From Candidatus Lokiarchaeum ossiferum (lineage in GTDB: Archaea > Asgardarchaeota > Lokiarchaeia > Sigyniarchaeales > Promethearchaeaceae), in contig CP104013.1 of assembly GCA_025839675.1 (NCBI GenBank), positions 90,001 through 122,000 on the forward strand: 32,000 bases of DNA. The letters run 5' to 3'. Position numbers and translations under genes: made by a program. Shown here in pieces: positions 14,999 to 23,523 of the stretch (positions are counted from its first letter, which is position 1; each line of letters begins with the position of its first letter). A model generated the notes under the pieces. It was given only the letters and a program-made list of their open reading frames with translations. It was not told the DNA's origin and did no database searches.

Positions 14999-16051
14999 TC
15001 ATAAAATTACGACTTGATCATTTGAAAGTGGAAAGTTGAATAATTGATGATAAACTTCTTCCATTTCTGGCCATGTTATTTGATCATGTATTTTTTCATA
15101 AATTTCGGGCGTTAAACAACAATATTCCAGAAATCCAAATTGTAGATTGGTAGAAAAATTTTCCCTTAAGAAATAATATTGTTCATGGTCAGAAATATTT
15201 TGTTCCTGTAATGCAATATGGACTCGATTAAATTGTTCTATAGGAAGTTTTCGCGTAACTCCTTCAAATTGTCCCTGAAATTCCACATTTTTCTGCCAAA
15301 CTTGTAATAGAATCATGTTTCCGTTACTATTCTGTAACTCCATCATTTTTAATTGGGGAGAAAGATCATTCTTATTGCACTTCACTTCTGTTTCTATGTA
15401 ATATTTAACAAGTTGATCAAATAAAATGCCATAATTTGAAATGGAAGTGCATTCTTCCAGCAGAATTTCATCCAGTTTCGAAGTTTGGAATAAATTGTAC
15501 CGATTAAAATCATCTGGTGAAATTTTTTTCAATTTTAAAAGGAAACTCACGACATTTTGAATCCGTATGAAGAATGGTTCTAACTTTAAAATAGTTTGAA
15601 ATACACCATATAAAAAATCATACCGTTCTTCTATTATAGGGAAGACTCTCTCTACTAATTTTATTGCATAATCAAAATTTTGATCATTACTTCTATGCTT
15701 AATATAAGTTTCTACATCGTCTTGCATATCTTCAGGCGATCTTTCCCCATGAAGTAAGATAAACTCTATTTGTAGATAAGTCGGATAATCCAATTCAATA
15801 TATTTCGTGATTTTCGACTGAATTTTTGCCATCCGACGAGGATTCGCTGATCTTTTTTTTAATCTAAAGAGAAGTAATTTCACCTTTATCTGATGGAATT
15901 TCCAATTCATTTTTCTCCACATTTTTTCCCAGAAGTGAAGTATAATAAGATAGCAGAAAAAACCTCCACCGGCCCAGATAATATCACCATAAGTAATAGG
16001 TGGGTATGTGAATAATATCATAAGACCAAAAATCCAATAATTACATACCAA
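14999..16051 (-). CDS. Hypothetical protein with N-terminal hydrophobic segment(s)
   Basis: 350-aa ORF. The track start is a TTG, and the first ATG is at aa 11. The N-terminus is hydrophobic (IFGLMILFTYPPI.., GGGFFCYLIILHFW) and the rest is helical and charged. I recognise no family. Confidence 0.55.
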   Translation of the reverse strand: MVCNYWIFGLMILFTYPPITYGDIIWAGGGFFCYLIILHFWEKMWRKMNWKFHQIKVKLLLFRLKKRSANPRRMAKIQSKITKYIELDYPTYLQIEFILLHGERSPEDMQDDVETYIKHRSNDQNFDYAIKLVERVFPIIEERYDFLYGVFQTILKLEPFFIRIQNVVSFLLKLKKISPDDFNRYNLFQTSKLDEILLEECTSISNYGILFDQLVKYYIETEVKCNKNDLSPQLKMMELQNSNGNMILLQVWQKNVEFQGQFEGVTRKLPIEQFNRVHIALQEQNISDHEQYYFLRENFSTNLQFGFLEYCCLTPEIYEKIHDQITWPEMEEVYHQLFNFPLSNDQVVIL

Positions 16052-16392
16052 TACGAAGTTTAGGAGTAATTTCGTTTTTTTGCTGGATTCTTGAATTCTT
16101 TACACCTCATGATTTTCAAAGGAACTTTATTATGCATACCACAATAATTCTTTTACTTAAGGTTTCGGGAAAAAATTCCGATCATTCAGAATAACTACAT
16201 CATTTTTACTTTTAGCATGATAATTTTTGAAAGTTTCGCCAAAGATCTTATCTTAATGGGAATTTATTGGAGAAAAGTCTTTAATGAAATTCAGATTGGT
16301 TCACGGATGGTTATTTGTTTGAATCCATCTAGAACTTGTTTGAACTTTTTCTTGCAAAAATTAAAAAACACGGATAAAATGAAAATTAATAC

Positions 16393-16656
16393 TTACCAAT
16401 CTTCTTCTTCGTAATCATCATCAAAGATTTCTTCATCTTCTTCAATCTCATCAATGGTTTTTTCAATCAACGATCTTTGCTTAACCGTTAATTTTTCTAT
16501 TTGATGATCATCAATTAAATGCTCTTCTGTGTATTTTATCAATTCATCGAGAGTATCTGCGTAGGCTTCCCAATCGCAGTCATTTCCCAAGTTTGCGCAA
16601 CAGAAATAATATACCATGATAGTTTCATTCCAGCAATTTTTGTGATTATGACTCAA
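16393..16656 (-). CDS. DUF1059-like small protein with strongly acidic C-terminal tail
   Basis: 87 aa. YYFCCANLGNDCDWEAYADTLDELIKYTEEHLIDDHQ resembles the DUF1059 pattern (f.C.dlG.dCdf.a.ge...l......H). The tail is IDEIEEDEEIFDDDYEEEDW*. Confidence 0.6.
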   Translation of the reverse strand: MSHNHKNCWNETIMVYYFCCANLGNDCDWEAYADTLDELIKYTEEHLIDDHQIEKLTVKQRSLIEKTIDEIEEDEEIFDDDYEEEDW

Positions 16657-16747
16657 CTTAATATGAAAAGTGAGTACTTATATCTTAACGCCTCTCTGTA
16701 TTTATATTCATTCATCTGCTACTGAATGAAATGTTTTCGATAACTAG

Positions 16748-17377
16748 CTATGTGATCACAGTTATCAAAGCCTGGGAGTTAACCAATTTAAGAAAAAAAT
16801 GGGCCGATATATTAATTATCAAAAGAAAAAATACTTCAAAATGAAGTAAATTGCCCATTTTTGCCATATGGCTTTTGAAAATACTACAACAAAAATCTGT
16901 TCTATTCAAAGCTTCGAATAATTCATTCAAAACTTCTCGAATCAAGATCTCCAACTGATAACTATAAACTAACTGCGAATCCCAGAGTGTTTCTTGGTCT
17001 CTTCGGACCAAATCAACGAGTTGCCATTGGATCAACCATAGAATATGCTCCTCATCGTAATGGTTTTTGAGATAATTCTGGATTAAATATCGGGCCCCTC
17101 CGTCTGTTATCCCATAGACTTCCAAAGCTTCGAAGGACACTTTTTTTCTTTGTTCCTTCCATAAGTCAGGAGGGAATTTATGATAAAGCGGTTGTAAAAA
17201 ACGAAACTGCACTTTGCTTTCCATTGAATCGTGATAATTCCTATGAATTTGGCGGAGGAGCGATTCGAGGATTTTAATTATGATGACCGTGAAATTCTCG
17301 GGAAAAATTTCCGGCCAATCAATGGGGCGTTGAAACCGTTTATAATCGTTAAGTTCAAGGGAGGGCAAATATTTCAT
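16748..17377 (-). CDS. Hypothetical protein (209 aa), third gene of the STAND-NTPase cassette; hydrophobic C-terminal tail
   Basis: ATG start, 15 nt after the stop of the upstream ORF. The body is helical with a W/Y/L-rich core, and the C-terminus is VFFLLIINISAHFFLKLV. I recognise no family. Confidence 0.6.
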   Translation of the reverse strand: MKYLPSLELNDYKRFQRPIDWPEIFPENFTVIIIKILESLLRQIHRNYHDSMESKVQFRFLQPLYHKFPPDLWKEQRKKVSFEALEVYGITDGGARYLIQNYLKNHYDEEHILWLIQWQLVDLVRRDQETLWDSQLVYSYQLEILIREVLNELFEALNRTDFCCSIFKSHMAKMGNLLHFEVFFLLIINISAHFFLKLVNSQALITVIT

Positions 17378-17392
17378 AGGGTTTTGTCACTC

Positions 17393-17950
17393 TTACTCTT
17401 TTTTAATTTCAGTTGAATAAAGAATTTTCAATCCTTCCAGATAGGATTTCATTTTTGCTAGGAATAAATCCATAGTGTTAGAGAACTCAGGTGAGGATTC
17501 GTTCAATGTGTGGTCCAAATTAATTGAACAAATTTCTTTATAATGGCGAGATTCTTCTCCAAAAATTTCTGCAATAATTGACTTTGCATTCTCCAGATAA
17601 AAGATTTTTTTAGTTTTCCCTGTTGATTTTTGAATGGTATTGATATACGAAGTTATAATCAAGCGTTTGTCCTCATAGTCATCACCCATCATTTTAATTG
17701 CGATTGTGTTTAATTCTTTGAATTTAATCATTGTTTTTTTGTTTAATTGAGCAAAATATTCATTTCTTCTTATAGTTTTTACCAAATTATTAATTTCAAG
17801 GGCATCAATTTTAATCTGGCATTCATGAGCTCGTAGAACTGAATTGATCGCATTTTTTATTTTCTTTTTTGCTCGTCTTCCTTCAGTAAAAGATTGATCC
17901 CAAGCATATTCCAACCCACCTAACGGTGTACTTATTCCTATCTTTCCCAT
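17393..17950 (-). CDS. Hypothetical protein (185 aa), second gene of the STAND-NTPase cassette
   Basis: ATG start, 33 nt after the stop of the NTPase gene. The protein is predicted helical with a basic N-terminal stretch (GRRAKKKIKNAINS). I recognise no family. Confidence 0.6.
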   Translation of the reverse strand: MGKIGISTPLGGLEYAWDQSFTEGRRAKKKIKNAINSVLRAHECQIKIDALEINNLVKTIRRNEYFAQLNKKTMIKFKELNTIAIKMMGDDYEDKRLIITSYINTIQKSTGKTKKIFYLENAKSIIAEIFGEESRHYKEICSINLDHTLNESSPEFSNTMDLFLAKMKSYLEGLKILYSTEIKKE

Positions 17951-17983
17951 TGTGCATCATTGTTTTATAGTTAATATATTTAC

Positions 17984-20302
17984 TTATAATGTTATCGTTG
18001 GTAGATCTAACTTTATCTTCCTACAGCTTCCTCCTTTTACAATATTTTTTACTTGAAGATCATAGCGGGATTCTAATTTTGAAAAAACAGGAAGTAATTG
18101 ATTAATCATTGCTCTATCTGATGATTCAATTTCTGTATCAATATCTAAAACTGATGTCAGATATTTTCGATGGCTATAAATTATTCTATTAAGTTCGAGA
18201 TGAGTCAAGCAGAATTTATTCTGATATCTTTCAAACCAATCCTTGGGATAGGTTTTTTTCATTGTCTTTTTTACCGCCTCTATCCCATCCAAATGCTGAT
18301 TTGCAATACTTTGTAAAAATTTCAAATCTTGGTAAACATGAAAGGGTTTTATATTTGTGAAATCGGTATCACTATATTTCTTTGACATCGATTCAAAAAT
18401 AGATTTTACAATAATTGTATATTTATGAGTGGTTTGAAAACCCATGATATATCCCTTGGGCATAATCAAAATATGATCCGTCATCTTAATCACCTGTTTT
18501 TGGTTTTTGATATTTTCTTGGATAATCTCAATCATGTCAGTTGTTAAATAACCATTTTCCTTATTGCAAAGATCGGCCAAGGATTTAGTGATTTCTTCTG
18601 AATCATTAAATCCAATTTGAGCAAAATCCGTGACCAAAGCTTGCACTTGCACAAGATTGGCAGTAAATTCGGATAAGGGAGGGATAGTTTTATCAAAATC
18701 AAGATCTTGATCGCCTACACTTTTCTTTAGAAGATAGACAAGGATTAAGTACTTCAAGAAGCAATTATGAGCTTTATCTGATTTATATTTATAGAAATCG
18801 ACTATATTAATTATTTTGATTTTATTTTTTTTATTTGAAATCCACGAATAAATTAAAGATTCAAGTTTAACTGCTCGTTTTTTTATGATTTGGTAGACAT
18901 TTTTCTTAGATTTCTTGGGATCACTAGATGTCATGATATAATCAAGAAAATTACATATATCCACGTTGAAATTTCGAATATCTAAGTTTAAAATGGAGAA
19001 TAATCGTTCTTTATTAAAAAGATAGGAAACTTTATTCATTAAAAGAAATAATACATTCCATATCGAAAGGAAGATGTTAAATTCTTCTACATTGAATGTC
19101 TGCGGCAATTGTTTTTTTGTGTATGAAAATAATTGATCAAAACGAAAGCTAATGTCTACTTTTTTGTTGTACTCATTAAAATCACGAATTTTTATGTCAT
19201 AAAAGGGATATTTATTCCGAATCCAACTAATAAATGCATATCTATACCGTTTAAATAGCAATTTCGCAATAAATTCTTTGTCATTAAAATATTGCTCCTT
19301 TTTGATCTTGGCCAATTTACTTTCTGTTAAATTCTCAAAATATTCTTCTGGAGGCTCGAAATGATTTAAGTGATAATCATATAAAATATGCGTATGTGCA
19401 TCGTTTTCTATTTGATCTCCCTTTTTCGGAAATGAGTCTACCAAACTCTCGGGTCGAAGTGTTCCCACGCAATAACCGCTCATATCAAGGGATCGATGAG
19501 TTTCTAATATCGACTGAAGATAAAATCTTTGAAATTTCAACGGGAGTGAATCTAAATTATCAAAGAATAAAATAAATTTTCTATAATCGCCTTCCTCACA
19601 TGAAAATTGTGAAATTCCGGAGATTAAATGCTTAACGGATAAATTTTTTTTTACTTTTTTTAAAATTAGATAAAAATCATCTCTAAAACAAGTAAATAGA
19701 AACTTTTCGAAAATAGGCACTTTATTAGAATTTCTTCGATAGCATTTACTGAAATTTTCACAGAGTCTTGTTTTACACTTTTTGGAGTAAAGTTCAAAAG
19801 CGATTTCTTTTTGTGGGAAAAAGTCTTTTCCATTCAATATATGCTTGCTAAGTTTGAAAAAGGAATCGAGATTAGAATAAAATTGGTTTTTAATTTCTTC
19901 CTTTACAATTTTTTTAAAATCACGCTTAAAACCATCAATATCTAGAGGTTCCAAGTATTGGTGTAGTCTATCTTTGTACTCAGGTCGCTGAAAATCAACA
20001 TAACAAAAATGTACAATTTGCTTGATTTTCTTCTCTAGTAGGATTTTGTGGGTAGTAGTTGTTTTTCCACTCCCTGCGTATCCTAATATTAATATCGGTG
20101 CATTTTGAAACCCAATATTATCCGCGATAATATCTTCTTGACTTGATTTAACATATAATTCGTCATAAAAATCCTTATAACTGAGTTCATCAGGTTTTTT
20201 GTCCAATTCATCAAATTTTGTTAAAAAATATTTAGTGATATAATTCTTAACTTCATAGATTTGAGCTTGATCTGCTTTCATAAATAATCTTTCAGTATCC
20301 AT
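17984..20302 (-). CDS. P-loop NTPase, NACHT-like STAND family (772 aa) with a long C-terminal helical region
   Basis: Walker A is ILILGYAGSGKTTT (K80), Walker-B-like is KFILFFDNLDS (aa 242-252), and CVGTLRPES (aa 278-286) resembles the NACHT TSRP motif. About 480 aa of K/N/F/Y-rich helical sequence follow. ATG start. Confidence 0.75.
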   Translation of the reverse strand: MDTERLFMKADQAQIYEVKNYITKYFLTKFDELDKKPDELSYKDFYDELYVKSSQEDIIADNIGFQNAPILILGYAGSGKTTTTHKILLEKKIKQIVHFCYVDFQRPEYKDRLHQYLEPLDIDGFKRDFKKIVKEEIKNQFYSNLDSFFKLSKHILNGKDFFPQKEIAFELYSKKCKTRLCENFSKCYRRNSNKVPIFEKFLFTCFRDDFYLILKKVKKNLSVKHLISGISQFSCEEGDYRKFILFFDNLDSLPLKFQRFYLQSILETHRSLDMSGYCVGTLRPESLVDSFPKKGDQIENDAHTHILYDYHLNHFEPPEEYFENLTESKLAKIKKEQYFNDKEFIAKLLFKRYRYAFISWIRNKYPFYDIKIRDFNEYNKKVDISFRFDQLFSYTKKQLPQTFNVEEFNIFLSIWNVLFLLMNKVSYLFNKERLFSILNLDIRNFNVDICNFLDYIMTSSDPKKSKKNVYQIIKKRAVKLESLIYSWISNKKNKIKIINIVDFYKYKSDKAHNCFLKYLILVYLLKKSVGDQDLDFDKTIPPLSEFTANLVQVQALVTDFAQIGFNDSEEITKSLADLCNKENGYLTTDMIEIIQENIKNQKQVIKMTDHILIMPKGYIMGFQTTHKYTIIVKSIFESMSKKYSDTDFTNIKPFHVYQDLKFLQSIANQHLDGIEAVKKTMKKTYPKDWFERYQNKFCLTHLELNRIIYSHRKYLTSVLDIDTEIESSDRAMINQLLPVFSKLESRYDLQVKNIVKGGSCRKIKLDLPTITL

Positions 20303-20444
20303 TCGTAACTATTTCCTTATTTTATTTTATCTTTTGTAAAAATACAATTTAGTGAGTATGATGGTTTTATAATATCTACTAATTATTATTTAAACTTTTT
20401 CTTGAAGGGATCTATGTCTAAAATGAAAGAATTTGTACATCTCA

Positions 20445-20479
20445 TTCTAAAAGAAAAGAAAGGGTGAAGCCCCTTCTTT
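20445..20479 (-). terminator. Hairpin plus T-rich tail separating the 615-bp spacer from the NTPase-cassette promoter region
   Basis: On the minus strand, AAAGAAGGG-GCTTCA-CCCTT(T)CTTT (9 bp with one bulge) is followed by TCTTTTAG. Confidence 0.3.
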
Positions 20480-20794
20480 CGCCTGGTAATGATCTAATAA
20501 GGAGGAGTCGCTGGCAAAAAGAAATGGTATAGGTGGTTTACTAATTGGAATGGAAATAAAATGATTTCCAGGAAGAAATACGCGAACTTTGAGATCACGA
20601 CTCTTCACAATTGAGTATCTATGTGAATATAAAAAGCCGAAATTTTGAGTCCATAGAAATTCAGGATTTTTATTATGAAGCTGAAATAAAAATAACTTTA
20701 GCAAGGGGATCTTTCTTAGTAGGTTTTGATTGGTGGCCTGCAGCCATATTTTTGCCTTAAAGAAGATTTTAAACATTAGCGATATATTTTTCAA
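20447..20794 (-). CDS. Doubtful ORF (115 aa) in the 615-bp spacer
   Basis: The track start is a TTG and the first ATG is at aa 7. I see no SD and no recognisable motif. It is kept only because the spacer is otherwise unexplained and a hairpin plus T-tract sits at its 3' end. Confidence 0.2.
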   Translation of the reverse strand: MKNISLMFKIFFKAKIWLQATNQNLLRKIPLLKLFLFQLHNKNPEFLWTQNFGFLYSHRYSIVKSRDLKVRVFLPGNHFISIPISKPPIPFLFASDSSLLDHYQAKEGASPFLFF

Positions 20795-20917
20795 TATCTC
20801 ATCCCGCTTTCTTAAGTAATTCCAAACGTGCTTTAGCGATTTTGTATGATTGCCATAAATGCCTACGGTGCTTTGTAACAGGTTAGCTAAAAAGAATTAA
20901 AAAATATTTTTTCTTGT

Positions 20918-22477
20918 TTATGCGCATATTTGCATCCTCGCTTTTTTTTTTATCCAAAAACTAGTGATTCCAATTAAAATTAGAATCAAAGCTGCAGGAT
21001 ATGTGGGAATACTAAGATCAAAAGGATTTGAGATCTTTTCCTCAAAAAATCCACCATCAGAAATGGACCATCCAAATTCATTAATGATGTGTTCTCGTGC
21101 AGCTTTTGCAGATTCTGTACTATATTGAGCTTCTCCTGCTGAAAATTGAACGTTTTGTTGTAATTGACGTTTTCCCCATCCTTCCAATAAAATATCATAA
21201 TTTGTGGTTGATAATGGTGCTCCACGGAACATATGTCCCATATTCGTCACATTCGAAATATCCCAATTCCCTATAGGTTGATCGAAGGCAGAGTTTGCAA
21301 ACATAAACATCATATCTGTCACACTTGAAACGTCCCAATTTTCTAATGGTTGATTGAAGTGATAAGCATCAGCAAACATACCATTCATATTAATGACCTT
21401 CGAAACATCCCATCTTCCTATATCTTGATTAAATTGGGAGGCAGAATCGAACATTACGGACATAGATGTTACCTCCGAAACATCCCATCCTCCAATATCT
21501 TGATTGAAGTTCTTAGCATAGCTGAACATACCTCCCATTTCTGTAACATTTGAAACATCCCACCTTGATATATCTTGATTAAAATTTTTTGCACTTTGAA
21601 ACATTCCACCCATGTTTGTAACAAATGAAACATCCCAGTCTCCAATATAAAAATTGAATGATGTTGCCCCTGCAAACATTTGTGACATATCTGTGACACA
21701 AGAAACATCCCAGTCTCCAATTGGCTTATTAAAATTCTCCGCTCCAGAATAAATCCATCCCTCTTCACTAGGACTTCCTCCAAACATTTGTGACATATCA
21801 ACGACACGAGAAACATCCCAACTTCCGATATCCTGATTGAATGTTTTTGAATTCATAAACATTCTTCTCATATCTGTTACATGGGAAACATTCCATTGAT
21901 TTAGATTTCCTAAATGTCCTAAATTCTCGCAATCATAAAACATCTCATTGAGTGTGGTTGTATCGGTGAGATTCAATGCATCTGATGCTTTAAGTACTAA
22001 ATTCTTGCATCCTTTGAAGTATCCTCCGGTATTTCCTATTTGTAAACACCCCCATTGCGTGATTTCAATCAGTTTGAGCTCATCACCATTTGCTGGAAAA
22101 TCCCAACCATTAATTATTCCACTGATTTCGATTGTAAAAATCCCTCCAGTAGTATAAGTATGTGTAATTTCTGCTTGATTCCATATAGTAATACTGCTGT
22201 TACTCCCATCACCCCATGCAACCTCAAAATTATAATGTCCAATATTTGAGAGTGGTAATTTCACTTGGTTCGATTCACTATTTCCATCAAGTACGGTATT
22301 CCACACCGATACAAATGTATTTGAACCGTAGGAAGACTTGATGGATTTCATTTTAATGCATTTGTAATTTAATTCTTCATTCGTGGTTGTCGATTCTATA
22401 CTCGCTAATATTCCGATACAGAATAAACTTGTTACCATTAAATATCGTAATGTATTCATGTTGCACTGTTTCATCAT
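20918..22477 (-). CDS. Secreted/surface protein with DUF285 / BspA-type 25-26-residue repeats, N-terminal signal peptide and C-terminal TM anchor
   Basis: 519 aa. The signal-like N-terminus is LRYLMVTSLFCIGILASIES. There are nine repeats of the form FNQ(D/P)IG.WDVS.VT.M..MF. The C-terminus is PTYPAALILILIGITSFWIKKKAR. Confidence 0.85.
   Translation of the reverse strand: MMKQCNMNTLRYLMVTSLFCIGILASIESTTTNEELNYKCIKMKSIKSSYGSNTFVSVWNTVLDGNSESNQVKLPLSNIGHYNFEVAWGDGSNSSITIWNQAEITHTYTTGGIFTIEISGIINGWDFPANGDELKLIEITQWGCLQIGNTGGYFKGCKNLVLKASDALNLTDTTTLNEMFYDCENLGHLGNLNQWNVSHVTDMRRMFMNSKTFNQDIGSWDVSRVVDMSQMFGGSPSEEGWIYSGAENFNKPIGDWDVSCVTDMSQMFAGATSFNFYIGDWDVSFVTNMGGMFQSAKNFNQDISRWDVSNVTEMGGMFSYAKNFNQDIGGWDVSEVTSMSVMFDSASQFNQDIGRWDVSKVINMNGMFADAYHFNQPLENWDVSSVTDMMFMFANSAFDQPIGNWDISNVTNMGHMFRGAPLSTTNYDILLEGWGKRQLQQNVQFSAGEAQYSTESAKAAREHIINEFGWSISDGGFFEEKISNPFDLSIPTYPAALILILIGITSFWIKKKARMQICA
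21255..21895 (-). repeat. Intragenic tandem coding repeat (about 75-nt unit, 9 copies) encoding the WDVS..VT.M repeats of the DUF285/BspA-type protein
   Basis: The plus-strand motif GAAAC(A/G)TCCCA and close variants starts at 21255, 21327, 21401, 21477, 21552, 21627, 21702, 21810 and 21885. The spacings are 72, 74, 76, 75, 75, 75, 108 and 75 nt. Confidence 0.85.
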
Positions 22478-22701
22478 GCATCAATCTTTTGGTTTTGTTG
22501 GACTAATTTTTTTTTGAATTATTACACTAATATCCAAGGAATTTTTAAAATTTTTGAAAGAATTCTAAATATGAAAAACTTTCATTTTTGAGAGTATTTC
22601 GATTGGAAATGGAAAAATTATATCGAAGAAATTACATTGGAAATTCTTAATATTGCTACATAAATATTTATCCCAATTAAATGAAAAACCCCTTTGTTTA
22701 A

Positions 22702-23298
22702 TTAATGTTCGACATTCTTATGTAAAAGGTCGATAGCCTCCTCACGGGCTTTTAATACAATTGAAATCTCTTTTCCTTGAAATTCACTGGATTTCATTAT
22801 AATTTTTGTGAGTATATCTCGAAAATACAAATATTCATCTTTCCGAGAAATGAATGGAATTGTTTGTTGCTCAAAAATAAAATCTTCTATCGAACATTTT
22901 TTACCATTTTGATTGCCTTCTGTAAGGTCATAGCGATGCCCATTATGAACCAAAAAACAGTGCACCATCGGAACGAAGGGTAGATTATATTTATCTAAAA
23001 TAAACTGAGTCCCTGCTACAATATCTTCAGTCATTTTATAGATCCCGACATGTTTTTGGAGATCTATCCCGTTTTCTTGGGCAAGAGTGGCGGCCACAGC
23101 ATGTTTGGTTGTGCATGTTCCTTTTTCTTCTTCAAATAGAATGGTTTTTTTGTCATCATTCGAGTTGTAGCCATAAGGTAAATTATGAAGATATTCAAGA
23201 GCGTCGATTAAAGTAAATATTTTTTTTTTAAGAAAGAGATCGCTCATTAAGTTTCCTTCTTTCAATGATACATTGGGTAATTGATTATAAGAATCCAT
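22702..23298 (-). CDS. Hypothetical protein; possible transglutaminase-like Cys-His-Asp fold
   Basis: 198 aa with an ATG start. EEKGTCTTKHAVAATLAQENGIDL ... MVHCFLVHNGHRYDLTEG has the order and spacing of a papain/transglutaminase-like C...H...D triad. This is a weak call made from the pattern alone. Confidence 0.5.
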   Translation of the reverse strand: MDSYNQLPNVSLKEGNLMSDLFLKKKIFTLIDALEYLHNLPYGYNSNDDKKTILFEEEKGTCTTKHAVAATLAQENGIDLQKHVGIYKMTEDIVAGTQFILDKYNLPFVPMVHCFLVHNGHRYDLTEGNQNGKKCSIEDFIFEQQTIPFISRKDEYLYFRDILTKIIMKSSEFQGKEISIVLKAREEAIDLLHKNVEH

Positions 23299-23523
23299 AT
23301 TTCATACACGCAAATCGAGATTAGGGCTATATAAACCATATTTATGGTGAAATAAAAAGATTTCAATGAAAGAAAAAAGATGGATCATAGTATAATAATG
23401 TGAAATTAATCCCAATTTTTTAGCAATTCACGCACAAACGCAAAATTTCGCTCAATTCGCAGTTAGGATTGTTATAAGATGGAAAAAGGTAGTATAAAAA
23501 AAAACTAATACGTGCCTATCCGT

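Noticed and set aside
17231-17260. RQIHRNYH in the 209-aa cassette protein as a HEPN Rx4-6H motif
   Set aside because: This is a single short string at the edge of the allowed spacing, with no other HEPN hallmarks visible. It is kept only as a remark, not as a call.
21255-21895. Regularly spaced ~75-nt repeat that could be mistaken for a CRISPR-like array
   Set aside because: The repeats are divergent, lie inside one continuous 519-aa reading frame and encode the WDVS..VT.M protein repeat. There is no repeat/spacer structure and there are no cas genes.
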